Of a stretch of 64,000 nt of DNA, positions 12,294 through 23,720 are shown in pieces. The position numbers were made by a program, and so were the translations under genes. The notes under the pieces were generated by a model that was given only the letters and a program-made list of their open reading frames with translations, had not been told where the DNA came from and ran no database searches. Source of the stretch: Geobacter sp. UBA2189 (GTDB taxonomy: Bacteria > Desulfobacterota > Desulfuromonadia > Geobacterales > Pseudopelobacteraceae); the NCBI GenBank assembly GCA_002328035.1, contig DCVL01000001.1:162-64161 (forward strand), given 5' to 3'. Numbering within the stretch: the first letter of the stretch is position 1; every line of letters begins with the position of its first letter.

Positions 12294-12491
12294 AGAGTAT
12301 AAGAAACAACTCGACTCAGTGAGCTGACATGGCGGTGTCGTGACAGTTAAAAACGATGCCTTAGTGGATGGAGATGCTGGTATAATTCCAGCCCTACACC
12401 TATTCCATCCCCCGCCGATAAACATCGATTAATGTCATGTAGCTCAAAGCCTGTTTTTTTAAACATAAACTCGGCATGTCATAAATAAAGC

Positions 12492-12520
12492 TTGACATAG
12501 CTGCTTTTATCTTGATATTT
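12492..12520 (+). promoter_or_regulatory. Sigma70-like promoter P2 proximal to rpsL
   Basis: TTGACA (12492-12497), 17-nt spacer, ATATTT (12515-12520). It is followed by the leader hairpin TTCGCG/CGCGAA (12527-12546) and a T6 run (12551-12556). Confidence 0.45.
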
Positions 12521-12580
12521 TTAGAATTCGCGTTTTTTGGCGCGAACAGATTTTTTGATGCTGGGAGACAGGTAAGCATT

Positions 12581-12952
12581 ATGCCAACGATCAATCAGTT
12601 GATTCGTCAGGGTAGGGAAAAGAAGAGAGATAAATCTACGGCGCCGGCTCTTAAAAGCTGCCCACAAAAGCGTGGTGTTTGCACTAGGGTTTATACAACG
12701 ACTCCAAAGAAACCTAACTCAGCGCTTCGTAAGGTTGCCCGTGTTCGCCTGACAAACGGGATAGAGGTTACTTCCTATATTCCGGGCGTTGGTCACAACC
12801 TTCAGGAGCACTCTGTGGTGCTGATCCGCGGTGGTAGAGTTAAAGATTTACCGGGTGTCCGTTACCATATTGTGCGTGGTACGCTGGATTCGGTTGGTGT
12901 AAAGGATCGCAAGCAGGCTCGTTCCAAATATGGCGCGAAGCGTCCCAAGTAA
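12581..12952 (+). CDS. rpsL: 30S ribosomal protein S12
   Basis: ATG 12581 gives the canonical [13 protein letters not shown]-terminus. The ORF-track TTG at 12512 would add a non-conserved extension that overlaps the promoter. Confidence 0.96.
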   Translation: MPTINQLIRQGREKKRDKSTAPALKSCPQKRGVCTRVYTTTPKKPNSALRKVARVRLTNGIEVTSYIPGVGHNLQEHSVVLIRGGRVKDLPGVRYHIVRGTLDSVGVKDRKQARSKYGAKRPK

Positions 12953-12975
12953 ACAAGTTTTTAGAGGGGTAAGGT

Positions 12976-13446
12976 ATGCCGAGGAGACGTGAAGTACCAA
13001 AGCGAATTATATTGCCGGATCCAAAATATAATGACAAGACTGTTGCCAAGTTAATTAATATATTGATGCTTGGTGGAAAAAAGAGCGTTGCCGAGTCAAT
13101 TCTTTATCGCGCCTTGTCTATTGTCGAGAACAAGACCGGCGAAGATGCGGTCAAGGCTTTGAAAAAATCACTTGATAATATTAAGCCGACCCTTGAGGTT
13201 AAGTCCCGCAGGGTTGGGGGTTCTACTTATCAGGTTCCTATTGAGGTTCGTCCTGATCGTCGTCTCTCGTTGGCTATGCGCTGGCTGATTAAGTATTCTG
13301 CTGCTCGCTCAGAGAAGACCATGACTGAGAAGATGGCAGGAGAAATGCTGGATGCCTATAATAATCGTGGTGCCGCCGTTAAAAAGCGGGAAGACACTCA
13401 TAAGATGGCCGAGGCAAACAGAGCTTTTGCTCATTATCGCTGGTAA
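12976..13446 (+). CDS. rpsG: 30S ribosomal protein S7
   Basis: 156 aa beginning [17 protein letters not shown], with a C-terminal AFAHYRW. Confidence 0.97.
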   Translation: MPRRREVPKRIILPDPKYNDKTVAKLINILMLGGKKSVAESILYRALSIVENKTGEDAVKALKKSLDNIKPTLEVKSRRVGGSTYQVPIEVRPDRRLSLAMRWLIKYSAARSEKTMTEKMAGEMLDAYNNRGAAVKKREDTHKMAEANRAFAHYRW

Positions 13447-13474
13447 TCGTCAGTCTCCGTTGGAGGAATAGTCC

Positions 13475-15550
13475 GTGTCACGTTTGTCACCACTTGATAA
13501 ATATAGAAATATCGGCATTATGGCACATATTGATGCCGGCAAGACTACTACTACTGAGCGCATTCTTTATTATACGGGTGTTTCGCACAAGATTGGTGAA
13601 GTGCATGAAGGCACCGCTACGATGGACTGGATGGAGCAAGAGCAGGAACGCGGAATCACTATTACCTCAGCTGCAACAACCTGTTCATGGAATGATCATC
13701 GTATTAACATAATAGATACTCCTGGCCACGTTGACTTTACTATAGAGGTTGAGCGTTCACTTCGTGTTCTTGATGGTGCTGTCGCAGTATTTTGTTCAGT
13801 TGGCGGTGTTGAGCCCCAGTCTGAAACTGTGTGGCGTCAGGCTGATAAGTATGGTGTCCCACGCATAGCTTTCATTAATAAAATGGATCGCATTGGAGCT
13901 GATTTCTTTCGTGGTATACAGATGATAAAGGATCGCCTTAAGGCGAATCCTGTTCCTATTCAACTTCCGGTCGGCAAAGAAGAACATTACAAAGGTATCA
14001 TTGATCTCGTTACCATGAAGGCGATTATCTGGGATGAAGAGTCTTTGGGTGCTAAGTTCAGAGAAGAAGATATTCCAGGTGACCTGCTTGATGAGGCTAT
14101 GGAGTGGCGTGACAAGCTGATTGAAGAAATATCAAGCCATGATGATTTTCTTATGGAAAAATATCTGGCAGGCGAAGCTCTGACTGAAGAAGAGATCAAG
14201 GCTTCCATTCGCTCCTGCACCATTAATATCCAGATTATACCTGTGGTCTGCGGTTCGGCTTTTAAAAACAAGGGAGTTCAGAATCTTTTGGATGCTGTTG
14301 TAGATTATATGCCTTCTCCTCTTGATATTCCTGCAATCAAGGGTCTTGACGAGTCTGGTAACGAGGTTGAGCGCAAGGCTGACGATAAAGAACCATTTTC
14401 TGCGCTTGGTTTTAAAATTATGACCGACCCGTTTGTTGGCCAGCTGACTTTTATCCGTGTTTACTCGGGCGTTTTGCAGTCTGGTTCTTACGTTTATAAT
14501 GCTACCAAAGGAAAGAAAGAGCGAATAGGTCGCCTTCTCAAGATGCATGCAAACAAGAGGGAAGAAATTAAAGAGGTTTATGCAGGAGATATAGCAGCAG
14601 CTGTAGGTCTTAAATATACAACTACCGGAGATACTCTCTGTTCTGAAGATCATCCAGTGGTTCTTGAGTCAATAGAGTTCCCTGAGCCGGTTATATCAAT
14701 AGCTATAGAGCCTAAAACCAAGTCGGATCAGGAAAAACTTGGGCTTTCTCTCCAGAAGCTTGCGAGTGAAGATCCCTCTTTCAGGGTTAAGACTGATGAA
14801 GAAACAGGTCAGACAATTATTTCCGGTATGGGTGAATTGCACTTGGAGATTATTGTTGACCGCATGATGCGCGAGTTCAAGGTCGAAGCGAATGTTGGAA
14901 AGCCACAGGTTGCCTATCGGGAGACTATTGGCAAGAAGGTTAAGGTTGAAGGTAAGTTTGTGCGTCAATCTGGTGGTCGCGGTCAATATGGTCATGTCTG
15001 GCTTGAGGTTGAGCCACAGGAGCCTGGTAAGGGTTATGAGTTTGTTGATGCTATTAAGGGTGGTGTCGTTCCACGTGAATATATTCCTGCTGTTGACAAG
15101 GGCATCCAGGAGGCTATGGATACAGGCGTAATGGCAGGGTTCCCTGTTGTTGATATAAAGGTTACTCTTATTGATGGTTCATACCACGAGGTTGATTCAT
15201 CCGAGATGGCATTTAAGATTGCTGGTTCTATGGGCTTTAAGGAAGGTTGTCAGAAAGCTGGGCCTGTGCTCCTTGAGCCAATTATGTCTGTTGAGGTTGT
15301 TGTTCCTGAAGAGTACATGGGTGATGTGATTGGTGACCTCAACTCACGGCGTGGACGAATCATGGGGATGGATTCTCGTGCAGGCGCCCAGATAGTAAGC
15401 TCAATGGTTCCGCTAGCCAATATGTTTGGGTACTCTACGGATCTGCGTTCAGCTACTCAAGGTCGCGCAACATATGCGATGACATTTGATCATTACGAGC
15501 CCGTACCAAAATCAGTTTCAGATGAAATAGTGGCAAAAGTTAAAGGTTAA
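13475..15550 (+). CDS. fusA: Elongation factor G
   Basis: GTG start after GGAGG; G1 motif AHIDAGKTT; DTPGHVDF; 691 aa. Confidence 0.97.
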   Translation: MSRLSPLDKYRNIGIMAHIDAGKTTTTERILYYTGVSHKIGEVHEGTATMDWMEQEQERGITITSAATTCSWNDHRINIIDTPGHVDFTIEVERSLRVLDGAVAVFCSVGGVEPQSETVWRQADKYGVPRIAFINKMDRIGADFFRGIQMIKDRLKANPVPIQLPVGKEEHYKGIIDLVTMKAIIWDEESLGAKFREEDIPGDLLDEAMEWRDKLIEEISSHDDFLMEKYLAGEALTEEEIKASIRSCTINIQIIPVVCGSAFKNKGVQNLLDAVVDYMPSPLDIPAIKGLDESGNEVERKADDKEPFSALGFKIMTDPFVGQLTFIRVYSGVLQSGSYVYNATKGKKERIGRLLKMHANKREEIKEVYAGDIAAAVGLKYTTTGDTLCSEDHPVVLESIEFPEPVISIAIEPKTKSDQEKLGLSLQKLASEDPSFRVKTDEETGQTIISGMGELHLEIIVDRMMREFKVEANVGKPQVAYRETIGKKVKVEGKFVRQSGGRGQYGHVWLEVEPQEPGKGYEFVDAIKGGVVPREYIPAVDKGIQEAMDTGVMAGFPVVDIKVTLIDGSYHEVDSSEMAFKIAGSMGFKEGCQKAGPVLLEPIMSVEVVVPEEYMGDVIGDLNSRRGRIMGMDSRAGAQIVSSMVPLANMFGYSTDLRSATQGRATYAMTFDHYEPVPKSVSDEIVAKVKG

Positions 15551-15588
15551 TCTTCTTACGAGATTTTAGACAGAGGAGGAGCGAGGCT

Positions 15589-16779
15589 ATGGCCAAGGCT
15601 AAATTTGAGCGTACCAAGCCGCACGTAAACATCGGCACTATAGGTCACGTAGACCACGGGAAGACCACACTGACTGCAGCGATAACCAAAGTACTTGCTG
15701 GCAAAGGTCAGGCTGAGTTCAAGGCATTTGATCAGATAGACAACGCGCCTGAAGAGCGGGAGCGTGGAATAACCATAGCCACTGCCCACGTAGAATACGA
15801 GACAGACAAGCGTCACTATGCGCACGTAGACTGTCCTGGTCACGCCGACTATGTCAAGAACATGATAACCGGTGCTGCGCAGATGGACGGAGCCATACTT
15901 GTAGTATCAGCGGCTGACGGTCCCATGCCCCAGACCCGTGAGCACATCCTCCTTGCCCGTCAGGTAGGTGTACCATTCATAGTGGTATACCTCAACAAGG
16001 CAGACATGGTAGACGACGAAGAGCTGCTCGAGCTTGTAGAGCTTGAAATACGCGAGCTTCTTTCCAGCTATGACTTTCCTGGTGACGACATTCCGATCAT
16101 CAAAGGTTCCGCACTTAAAGCCCTTAACGGTGACAAAGACGAGCTTGGTGAAGACTCAGTAAACAAGCTCATGGATGCCGTAGACAGTTACATACCGCAG
16201 CCAGAGCGTGCCATAGACAAACCCTTCCTGATGCCTGTAGAAGACGTATTCTCCATATCCGGTCGTGGCACAGTAGCCACGGGTCGTGTAGAGCGTGGTA
16301 TAGTCAAGGTAGGTGAAGAAGTAGAGATAGTAGGAATCAAAGCCACAGCCAAAACCACCGTAACCGGTGTAGAAATGTTTCGCAAGCTACTTGACCAGGG
16401 TCAGGCTGGCGACAACATTGGTGCCCTTCTTCGTGGAGTCAAGCGTGAAGATGTAGAGCGTGGTCAGGTACTTGCCAAGCCTGGCAGTATAACCCCTCAC
16501 ACCAAATTCAAGGCCGAGGCCTACGTACTGACCAAAGAAGAAGGTGGTCGTCACACCCCATTCTTTAACGGCTATCGTCCACAGTTTTACTTCCGTACCA
16601 CAGATGTAACCGGAGTAGCCGAACTTCCAGCCGGTACAGAAATGGTAATGCCAGGTGACAATGTAGCATTGATAGTCAACCTTATTACCCCTATTGCAAT
16701 GGACGAAGGACTTCGTTTTGCAATACGTGAAGGTGGTCGTACTGTGGGCGCTGGCGTTGTTAGTGCAATTATTGAGTAA
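15589..16779 (+). CDS. tuf: Elongation factor Tu
   Basis: Contains [18 protein letters not shown] and NKADMV; 396 aa. Its codon usage differs markedly from its neighbours (see findings). Confidence 0.98.
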   Translation: MAKAKFERTKPHVNIGTIGHVDHGKTTLTAAITKVLAGKGQAEFKAFDQIDNAPEERERGITIATAHVEYETDKRHYAHVDCPGHADYVKNMITGAAQMDGAILVVSAADGPMPQTREHILLARQVGVPFIVVYLNKADMVDDEELLELVELEIRELLSSYDFPGDDIPIIKGSALKALNGDKDELGEDSVNKLMDAVDSYIPQPERAIDKPFLMPVEDVFSISGRGTVATGRVERGIVKVGEEVEIVGIKATAKTTVTGVEMFRKLLDQGQAGDNIGALLRGVKREDVERGQVLAKPGSITPHTKFKAEAYVLTKEEGGRHTPFFNGYRPQFYFRTTDVTGVAELPAGTEMVMPGDNVALIVNLITPIAMDEGLRFAIREGGRTVGAGVVSAIIE

Positions 16780-16797
16780 GGATTAAGCGAGGAAGCG

Positions 16798-17106
16798 ATG
16801 CAGAGCCAGAAGATCAGAATTCGCCTCAAGGCATATGACCATAAATTGTTGGATGTATCAGTAGGTGAGATTGTTGAGACGGCAAAACGTACAGGTGCAC
16901 GAGTTGCAGGACCTATACCGCTGCCAACAGTAATCAACAAATACTGCGTTCTTCGTGGTCCTCACGTTGATAAAAAATCCCGTGACCAGTTTGAAATCAG
17001 AACTCACAAGAGGCTGATAGATATTCTGGATCCAACCCAGCAGACCGTTGATGCGCTTATGAAGTTAGATCTGTCTGCAGGCGTTGATGTTGAAATAAAA
17101 CTTTAG
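16798..17106 (+). CDS. rpsJ: 30S ribosomal protein S10
   Basis: 102 aa with [16 protein letters not shown]. It starts only 18 nt after tuf, so there is no long S10 leader. Confidence 0.97.
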   Translation: MQSQKIRIRLKAYDHKLLDVSVGEIVETAKRTGARVAGPIPLPTVINKYCVLRGPHVDKKSRDQFEIRTHKRLIDILDPTQQTVDALMKLDLSAGVDVEIKL

Positions 17107-17133
17107 ACATTATTGTTAGATAGGATGTCTGTT

Positions 17134-17769
17134 ATGAATAAAGGTATTGTTGGTAAAAAGCTGGGAATGACCCAGATCTTTATGGAAGATGGCACACGCG
17201 TTCCAGTGACTGTCGTTCAGGCGGGACCATGTACTGTTGTACAGAAGAAAACAACAAACATTGATGGCTATTCGGCTTTTCAGGTGGGTTTTGAATCGGT
17301 TTCTGCTAATAAGACTAACTCTCCAGAGCGTGGTCATTGTACCAAGGCTGGTAAAGGGGTGTTCCGTTATCTTCGTGAGCTTAAACTTCAAAATGAAGCT
17401 GAGTTAAGTGTTGGAGATGAACTAACTGTTGGACAATTTGTGCCAGGTGATCTGATTGATGTTACAGGAACTAGTATTGGTAAAGGATTTCAAGGTGTTA
17501 TAAAAAGGCATAACTTTAAGGGTGGGCGTGCATCTCACGGTTCCCGTTTCCACAGGGCTCCTGGTTCAATTGGCTGTTCAGCAACACCTTCCAGAGTTTT
17601 TAAAAACAAGAAGATGCCTGGCCAGATGGGTAACGAGCAGGTTACTGTTCAACGCCTACAGATAGTCAGAATTGATACCGAACAAAATTTGATGCTGATA
17701 AAGGGTGCTATTCCTGGTTCAAAGAACAATCTCGTTATCATCAAGGATAGCGTTAAAGCCACCAAGTAA
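17134..17769 (+). CDS. rplC: 50S ribosomal protein L3
   Basis: L3 motifs [10 protein letters not shown] and [13 protein letters not shown] 17134 (MNKGIVGKK) was chosen; the in-frame ATG at 17125 and the ORF-track TTG at 17113 remain possible. Confidence 0.9.
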   Translation: MNKGIVGKKLGMTQIFMEDGTRVPVTVVQAGPCTVVQKKTTNIDGYSAFQVGFESVSANKTNSPERGHCTKAGKGVFRYLRELKLQNEAELSVGDELTVGQFVPGDLIDVTGTSIGKGFQGVIKRHNFKGGRASHGSRFHRAPGSIGCSATPSRVFKNKKMPGQMGNEQVTVQRLQIVRIDTEQNLMLIKGAIPGSKNNLVIIKDSVKATK

Positions 17770-17788
17770 AAAGACGGAGTAGTTATAA

Positions 17789-18409
17789 ATGTCAACAATA
17801 GCTCTGTATAATATGAATCGTGAAAAGATTGGTGAGGTGGCACTGAATGATGCAATATTTGGTGTCGAGGTTAAAGAATCTCTGATTCATCAGGCTCTTA
17901 AAGTCCAGCTTGCTAATCGCCGCGCTGGAACAGTTAAGACAAAAACTCGTGCTGAAGTTTCTGGTGGTGGTAAAAAGCCTTTCAAACAGAAAGGTACTGG
18001 AAATGCTAGACAAGGCTGTTCCAGAGCGCCTCAGTATCCTGGGGGTGGAACTGTTTTCGGGCCGCAGCCTAAAGTGTATAATCTTTCCATAAATAAAAAG
18101 GCCAGAAAAGCAGCTTTACGAAGTCTGCTATCTATGCACCTTAAGAATGATAAGATTGTAGTTCTTGATCAACTTTCATTTCCTAGAATATCTACTAAAG
18201 ATTTTTCAGGTTTTATGAAAAAATTTGAACTTAATCGTTCGCTTATCATAACAGAAGACTCAGCAACAAGTCTTTATCTTTCCAGCAGGAACGTTCCATA
18301 TGTCAAGATGCTTAAGGCGGATGGCCTGAATGTGTATGATATTCTTAAGTATCATAATATCATAATGACTGAAGGTGCAGTCAGGCTTGTTGAAGGAGTA
18401 TTACAATAA
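17789..18409 (+). CDS. rplD: 50S ribosomal protein L4
   Basis: 206 aa of the L4 family ([18 protein letters not shown]). Confidence 0.95.
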   Translation: MSTIALYNMNREKIGEVALNDAIFGVEVKESLIHQALKVQLANRRAGTVKTKTRAEVSGGGKKPFKQKGTGNARQGCSRAPQYPGGGTVFGPQPKVYNLSINKKARKAALRSLLSMHLKNDKIVVLDQLSFPRISTKDFSGFMKKFELNRSLIITEDSATSLYLSSRNVPYVKMLKADGLNVYDILKYHNIIMTEGAVRLVEGVLQ

Positions 18410-18693
18410 TGAATATTTATTCAATTATTAAAAAACCTCATGTGACTGAGAAAACCTCTCTAGGTACCTCAGCGTCCAATGCGATTACAATCGTTGTTGA
18501 TCGTGACTCAAACAAGATAGAGATCAAGAAGGCGGTTGAGTCTCTTTTTAAGGTAGATGTTGTTTCTGTGCGAACTATCAATGTTGCAGGTAAAACTAAG
18601 CGCTTTGGTCGTACATATGGAAAGCGTCAGAACTGGAAAAAAGCGTATGTAACGCTTAAAGAAGGCCAAACCGTAGACTTCTTTGAAGTGTAA
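18409..18693 (+). CDS. rplW: 50S ribosomal protein L23
   Basis: 94 aa. The ATG overlaps the rplD stop (TAATG). Confidence 0.95.
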   Translation: MNIYSIIKKPHVTEKTSLGTSASNAITIVVDRDSNKIEIKKAVESLFKVDVVSVRTINVAGKTKRFGRTYGKRQNWKKAYVTLKEGQTVDFFEV

Positions 18694-18725
18694 CGGACTA
18701 ATCATTACTGAATCGGGGTTCAGGT

Positions 18726-19550
18726 ATGGCAATAAAGAGCTACAAACCCACATCTGCTGGGCGCAGACATCAGACCTGCTCGACGTTTGAGGAAATTACC
18801 TCAACAACGCCGGAGAAGTCCCTGCTGGTGAAGCTTAAAAAAACCGGCGGTCGTAACCACTTCGGTCGAGTAACTTCACGTCACCAGGGTGGTGGACATA
18901 AACAAAAGTATCGCATCATTGATTTTCGCCGTGACAAGCGTGGCATTCCTGCCAAGGTTGCAACGATAGAATATGATCCATATCGCAGTGCCAGAATAGC
19001 GCTTCTGCATTACCTTGATGGAGAAAAACGATACATCCTTGCTCCGCATGACCTCAAAGTTGGTGATACAGTATTGAGTGGACCAGAAGCAGATATAAAG
19101 CCGGGTAACTCGTTACCTCTTCGTTCAATACCTCTAGGTACCATTATTCATAATATTGAGCTTAAGATTGGTAAAGGTGCACAGCTTGCGAGGAGTGCCG
19201 GAACCTTTGCTCAGTTGATGTCTAAAGAAGGTAAATATTCCCAGGTAAAACTTCCATCAGGTGAAGTTCGTATGATTCTTCAGGATTGTTATGCCACTAT
19301 CGGTCAGGTTGGTAATCTGGATCATGAGAATATTAATCTCGGTAAGGCAGGCCGCTCACGTTGGTTAGGTAAACGTCCTAAGGTTCGTGGTGTTGCAATG
19401 AACCCAGTTGATCACCCTCATGGTGGTGGTGAGGGTAGAACATCTGGCGGGCGCCATCCTGTAACACCATGGGGCATCCCGACCAAAGGTTATAAAACTC
19501 GTACTAACAAGACTTCTGACAGATTTATTATTAAAAAACGTACTAAATAA
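18726..19550 (+). CDS. rplB: 50S ribosomal protein L2
   Basis: Contains [13 protein letters not shown] and [10 protein letters not shown]. Confidence 0.97.
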   Translation: MAIKSYKPTSAGRRHQTCSTFEEITSTTPEKSLLVKLKKTGGRNHFGRVTSRHQGGGHKQKYRIIDFRRDKRGIPAKVATIEYDPYRSARIALLHYLDGEKRYILAPHDLKVGDTVLSGPEADIKPGNSLPLRSIPLGTIIHNIELKIGKGAQLARSAGTFAQLMSKEGKYSQVKLPSGEVRMILQDCYATIGQVGNLDHENINLGKAGRSRWLGKRPKVRGVAMNPVDHPHGGGEGRTSGGRHPVTPWGIPTKGYKTRTNKTSDRFIIKKRTK

Positions 19551-19573
19551 TCGGATGAGAGGCTAGCTCCACT

Positions 19574-19852
19574 ATGGCACGCTCGATAAAAAAAGGTCCT
19601 TTTGTTGATGGTCATCTAATGAAGAAAGTAGAGACCGAGGGCGCAAACGCAAAAAAAATAATCAAGACATGGTCTCGTCGTTCTACCATTACACCTGAGT
19701 TTATTGGTGTTTCGTTTGCTGTACATAATGGTAAGAAATTTATTCCTGTCTTTGTTACAGAGAACATGGTTGGACACAAATTAGGAGAATTTTCTCCTAC
19801 AAGGACATTCCACGGCCATGCTGCTGATAAAAAGAGTAAGGTTAAGAAGTAA
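19574..19852 (+). CDS. rpsS: 30S ribosomal protein S19
   Basis: 92 aa with [12 protein letters not shown] and HNGKKFIPV. Confidence 0.97.
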   Translation: MARSIKKGPFVDGHLMKKVETEGANAKKIIKTWSRRSTITPEFIGVSFAVHNGKKFIPVFVTENMVGHKLGEFSPTRTFHGHAADKKSKVKK

Positions 19853-19868
19853 TTAAGGAGTGATTCGA

Positions 19869-20210
19869 ATGGAATCCAGTGCAAAATTGACATTAGCACG
19901 TCTATCTCCGCGCAAGACTCGCACAGTGGTAGATCTTGTGAGGGGGAAAGCAATTCAGGATGCGCTTAATACCCTGAAATTTCTTCCGAACCCTTCAGCG
20001 CAGATCATTCTTAAGCTTTTAAAATCAGCAGTTGCTAATGCTGAACAAAAGGGCTTGAATGATGTTGACAGGCTGTTTGTTAAAACGATCTATGTTGACG
20101 GTGGTTCTGTACTTAAGCGTTTTGTACCGCGTGCAATGGGGCGTGCAAGCAAGATTCGCAAACCGACAAGCCATATTTCTGTGGTTTTGTCTGACACGAA
20201 AACAAGATAG
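19869..20210 (+). CDS. rplV: 50S ribosomal protein L22
   Basis: ATG 19869, 8 nt after AAGGAG, is preferred to the ORF-track GTG at 19860. L22 family. Confidence 0.92.
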   Translation: MESSAKLTLARLSPRKTRTVVDLVRGKAIQDALNTLKFLPNPSAQIILKLLKSAVANAEQKGLNDVDRLFVKTIYVDGGSVLKRFVPRAMGRASKIRKPTSHISVVLSDTKTR

Positions 20211-20225
20211 GTTGGAGGTGTAGTC

Positions 20226-20858
20226 TTGGGACAAAAAGTTAATCCGATAGGTTTCAGGCTTGGAGTTATCAAAACTTGGGACTCTAAGTGGTATGCTGAG
20301 GCTGATTATGCTAAAAACCTCCACGAGGATCTTAAGATTCGGCAGTTTTTGAAGAAGAGACTTTATACTGCGGGAATATCGAAAATCGAGATAGAACGAG
20401 CTGCCAATAAGACAAAGATAAATATACACGCAGCCCGCCCAGGTCTGATAATTGGTAAAAAAGGTGCAGAAGTAGAGCTCCTTAAAAAGGATTTGGCTGC
20501 CATAACCTCAAAAGAGGTGTTTATTAACATCAATGAGGTACGTAAGCCGGAACTTGATGCCCAATTGGTAGCTGAGAATGTAGCTCTTCAGCTTGAACGT
20601 CGGATTGCATTCCGCCGTGCAATGAAAAAGAGTGTAACATCTTCTCTCAAATTCGGTGCTAAGGGTATTCGTATCACATGCTCAGGTCGACTAGGTGGTG
20701 CTGAAATGTCTCGTACAGAGTGGTATCGCGAAGGCAGAGTACCACTGCACACCTTAAGAGCTGATATTGATTACGGATTTGCCGAGGCCAAGACTACCTA
20801 TGGAATCATTGGTGTAAAGGTTCTTATCTTTAAGGGTGAAGTCCTGCCAGGACAATAA
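20226..20858 (+). CDS. rpsC: 30S ribosomal protein S3
   Basis: TTG start 7 nt after GGAGG; begins [13 protein letters not shown]. Confidence 0.96.
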   Translation: MGQKVNPIGFRLGVIKTWDSKWYAEADYAKNLHEDLKIRQFLKKRLYTAGISKIEIERAANKTKINIHAARPGLIIGKKGAEVELLKKDLAAITSKEVFININEVRKPELDAQLVAENVALQLERRIAFRRAMKKSVTSSLKFGAKGIRITCSGRLGGAEMSRTEWYREGRVPLHTLRADIDYGFAEAKTTYGIIGVKVLIFKGEVLPGQ

Positions 20859-20876
20859 GCTTCAGGAGCAGATCAA

Positions 20877-21299
20877 ATGTTAATGCCGAAAAGGGTTAAG
20901 CATAGAAAACAGATGAAAGGCAGGATGACTGGTGCAGCCTGTCGCCGAATTGAGATCTCGTATGGTGAGTTCGCTCTTCAGGCAACTGAATGTGGCTGGG
21001 TTGATTCTCGTCAGATTGAAGCGGCTCGTATTGCAATGACCCGCTATATAAAAAGGGGTGGAAAGATCTGGATTCGCATGTTTCCAGACAAGCCATTGAC
21101 CGCAAAGCCTGCTGAAACCCGTATGGGTAAGGGTAAAGGTTCCCCAGATTCGTGGGTTTGCGTTGTTAAACCAGGTATGGTTTTGTATGAGATGGAAGGT
21201 ATTACTGAGGAAACAGCACGCGAAGCTTTCAGGCTTGCTGCCCATAAGCTGCCCATTTCTACTAAATTCATTTCCAGAGGTACGCAAAATGAAGGCTAA
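20877..21299 (+). CDS. rplP: 50S ribosomal protein L16
   Basis: Begins [12 protein letters not shown], with MGKGKGSP. Confidence 0.97.
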   Translation: MLMPKRVKHRKQMKGRMTGAACRRIEISYGEFALQATECGWVDSRQIEAARIAMTRYIKRGGKIWIRMFPDKPLTAKPAETRMGKGKGSPDSWVCVVKPGMVLYEMEGITEETAREAFRLAAHKLPISTKFISRGTQNEG

Positions 21300-21477
21300 T
21301 GATATACGTAAAATGGCTGAAGGTGAATTGAAGCAGAAGCGGGATGCCTTAAAACAGGAGTTTTTTAATCTGAAGTTTCAATTAAATACAGGGCGCCTAG
21401 AAAATACCGGAAAACTTGGCGCGATTCGCCGCGATATTGCACGAATCAATACCATCCTTACAGAAAGCAGGGGTTAG
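21289..21477 (+). CDS. rpmC: 50S ribosomal protein L29
   Basis: 62 aa (MKANDIRKM...[12 protein letters not shown]). The start lies inside the longer ORF-track ORF 21163-21477 and overlaps the rplP end by 11 nt. Confidence 0.93.
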   Translation: MKANDIRKMAEGELKQKRDALKQEFFNLKFQLNTGRLENTGKLGAIRRDIARINTILTESRG

Positions 21478-21484
21478 GACTGTC

Positions 21485-21742
21485 ATGGGTGAGCATGGAC
21501 ACAGACGGACTCAGACCGGCGTTGTTGTCAGTGATAAAATGGAGAAGACGGTAGTTGTCAGGGTTGATCGTCTCGTCAAGCACTCTCTGTATAACAAGTA
21601 TATTAAGAGAAGTGTGAAATATAAGGTACATGACGAGCAAAACAGTTGTAAAGCAGGGGACAAGGTACAGATTGTTGAGTGCCGTCCACTTAGTAAAGAC
21701 AAGCGCTGGGCCTTGCGCCAGATTCTTGAGAGCGCTGTATAG
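21485..21742 (+). CDS. rpsQ: 30S ribosomal protein S17
   Basis: ATG 21485 ([25 protein letters not shown]). The ORF-track start at 21416 would overlap rpmC. Confidence 0.93.
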   Translation: MGEHGHRRTQTGVVVSDKMEKTVVVRVDRLVKHSLYNKYIKRSVKYKVHDEQNSCKAGDKVQIVECRPLSKDKRWALRQILESAV

Positions 21743-21769
21743 CAGCAGCCCCCCAGAGAGGATACGAGC

Positions 21770-22138
21770 ATGATTCAGATGCAAACCATACTTGACGTAG
21801 CTGATAACTCTGGTGCAAAAAAACTTTTTTGCATCAAGGTACTTGGTGGGTCCAAACGTAAATATGCAGGAGTTGGTGACATAGTTGTCTGTTCAGTGCG
21901 TGAGGCACTGCCAAATTCCAAGGTTAAAAAGGGTGATGTTGTAAAGGCAGTTATTGTAAGGACTGCTAAAGAACTTGGCCGAGCAGATGGTTCTTACATC
22001 CGTTTTGATAACAATTCAGGTGTTGTTATTAACAATGCAAAAGAACCTGTGGGAACACGTATCTTCGGACCTGTTGCACGTGAGCTTAGGGCTAAGAAGT
22101 ATATGAAAATCATCTCCCTTGCCCCTGAAGTACTTTAA
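21770..22138 (+). CDS. rplN: 50S ribosomal protein L14
   Basis: Begins [18 protein letters not shown]; 122 aa. Confidence 0.97.
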   Translation: MIQMQTILDVADNSGAKKLFCIKVLGGSKRKYAGVGDIVVCSVREALPNSKVKKGDVVKAVIVRTAKELGRADGSYIRFDNNSGVVINNAKEPVGTRIFGPVARELRAKKYMKIISLAPEVL

Positions 22139-22159
22139 CGGAAAACTGGAGAAACAGTG

Positions 22160-22486
22160 ATGCAAACGAAAAAATATCACGTAGCCAAAGGCGATACAGT
22201 TATGGTTGTCGCTGGCAAGGAAAAGACCAAGACTGGTAAGATTCTTCAGGTTCTTCCTAAAAAGGATGCTGTGATTGTAGAAGGGCTTAACCTTGTAAAA
22301 CGCCATGTTAAGGCTCGCGGTAATGAAGCTGGTGGAATTACGCAAAAAGAAGCTGCTTTGCATGTTTCTAATGTACAACTCTACTGCACCAAGTGTGTAA
22401 AACCTGTCCGTACTAGAGTTAAGTTGTTGGAAAATGGTGAAAAGCAACGCGTCTGCGTAAAATGTGGTAGCTCTCTGGAGAATTGA
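22160..22486 (+). CDS. rplX: 50S ribosomal protein L24
   Basis: KOW motif (VAKGDTVMVVAGKEKTKTGKI). ATG 22160 lies 7 nt after GGAGA; the GTG at 22157 is an alternative. Confidence 0.93.
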   Translation: MQTKKYHVAKGDTVMVVAGKEKTKTGKILQVLPKKDAVIVEGLNLVKRHVKARGNEAGGITQKEAALHVSNVQLYCTKCVKPVRTRVKLLENGEKQRVCVKCGSSLEN

Positions 22487-22504
22487 TTGGGAGGAATCTA
22501 GGCG

Positions 22505-23044
22505 ATGGCCAGATTGAAAGAAGTATATCAGAACGAAGTAATGCAAAAGCTGCGTACTGAGTTCAATTATAAAAATGTTATGGAAGTGCCCAAGCTCGAG
22601 AAGATTGTCGTGAATATGGGACTTGGCGAAGCAATCCAGAATGTAAAAATTCTAGATTCTGCATCTGTTGAGCTTGCAAAGATTACGGGGCAGAAGGCTG
22701 TAATTACCAAAGCAAAAAAATCAATAGCCACTTTCAAGCTTCGTGAGGGTATGCCTATTGGATGTATGGTAACTTTGCGTCGTGACCGTATGTATGAATT
22801 TCTTGATCGCCTTTTAAACATCTCCCTCGCCAGGGTTAGGGACTTTAAAGGCGTCTCCGGAAAAGCCTTTGATGGTCAGGGTAATTATACTCTTGGAATT
22901 AAGGAACAACTTATTTTCCCTGAGATTAATTATGATGAGATTGATAAGATCAAAGGCATGAATATCACTATAGTCACATCAGCAAAAAATGATGAAGAAG
23001 GCAAAGCCCTGTTGAAGCATATGGGTATGCCATTTAGAAATTAA
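22505..23044 (+). CDS. rplE: 50S ribosomal protein L5
   Basis: 179 aa of the L5 family ([20 protein letters not shown]). Confidence 0.97.
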   Translation: MARLKEVYQNEVMQKLRTEFNYKNVMEVPKLEKIVVNMGLGEAIQNVKILDSASVELAKITGQKAVITKAKKSIATFKLREGMPIGCMVTLRRDRMYEFLDRLLNISLARVRDFKGVSGKAFDGQGNYTLGIKEQLIFPEINYDEIDKIKGMNITIVTSAKNDEEGKALLKHMGMPFRN

Positions 23045-23072
23045 GTAGAACGTAAGTTAACGGGAGGATTCA

Positions 23073-23258
23073 GTGGCAAAAGTCTCGATGATTAATAAAT
23101 CGCAGCGTACGCCTAAGTTCAAGGTTCGTCAGCATAACCGCTGTCCGGTCTGTGGACGTCCCAGGGCCTTTTATAGGAAGTTTCAGATGTGCCGTATCTG
23201 TCTGCGAAAATATGCTTCCGCCGGTCAGATCCCCGGTGTTATCAAGTCAAGCTGGTAA
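23073..23258 (+). CDS. rpsN: 30S ribosomal protein S14, short Zn-binding type
   Basis: 61 aa with a GTG start after GGAGG. It has CPVCGR...CRIC cysteine pairs and ends in W. Confidence 0.95.
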   Translation: MAKVSMINKSQRTPKFKVRQHNRCPVCGRPRAFYRKFQMCRICLRKYASAGQIPGVIKSSW

Positions 23259-23288
23259 TACTGTATAATAACAGAGGAGTGCGTTTCG

Positions 23289-23687
23289 ATGTCAATGACT
23301 GATCCTATTGCCGATATGTTAACCAGAATTCGTAATGCGAATATGGTTAAACTTCAAAAGGTAGATATTCCGTCTTCAAACGTTAAGGTGAATATAGCCC
23401 AGGTTTTGAAGCAGGAAGGCTACATTAAAAATTATAAGGTTATTGCTGATAACCGTCAGGGTATATTGAGAATTTACCTCAAGTTCATTGATGAAAAAGA
23501 TCCGGTGATAAATGAGATTAAAAGGATAAGTAAACCAGGTAGTCGTTCATATGTGAATTCTGAATCTATCCCAACTGTAAAAAACTCACTTGGTATAGCT
23601 ATTCTTTCTACATCAAAGGGTATCATGACTGACGCTGCTGCTCGTCAAGCCGGTATTGGCGGCGAACTGATCTGCACTGTCTGGTAA
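23289..23687 (+). CDS. rpsH: 30S ribosomal protein S8
   Basis: Begins [17 protein letters not shown]; 132 aa. Confidence 0.97.
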   Translation: MSMTDPIADMLTRIRNANMVKLQKVDIPSSNVKVNIAQVLKQEGYIKNYKVIADNRQGILRIYLKFIDEKDPVINEIKRISKPGSRSYVNSESIPTVKNSLGIAILSTSKGIMTDAAARQAGIGGELICTVW

Positions 23688-23720
23688 TTAGGCAGCATCT
23701 GTTTAAAAGGAGCCATAAAA

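Noticed and set aside
12400-12594. 64-aa minus-strand ORF in the rpoC-rpsL spacer.
   Set aside because: It has no RBS, overlaps the rpsL promoter and start, and its composition is not protein-like. It is treated as spurious, and the spacer is discussed as non-coding instead.
13494-16940. Alternative-frame and antisense ORFs inside fusA and tuf, including 15556-15843 (-), which is rich in Tyr.
   Set aside because: The Tyr richness is simply the reverse complement of the abundant GTA and ATA codons of tuf. There is no independent coding evidence.
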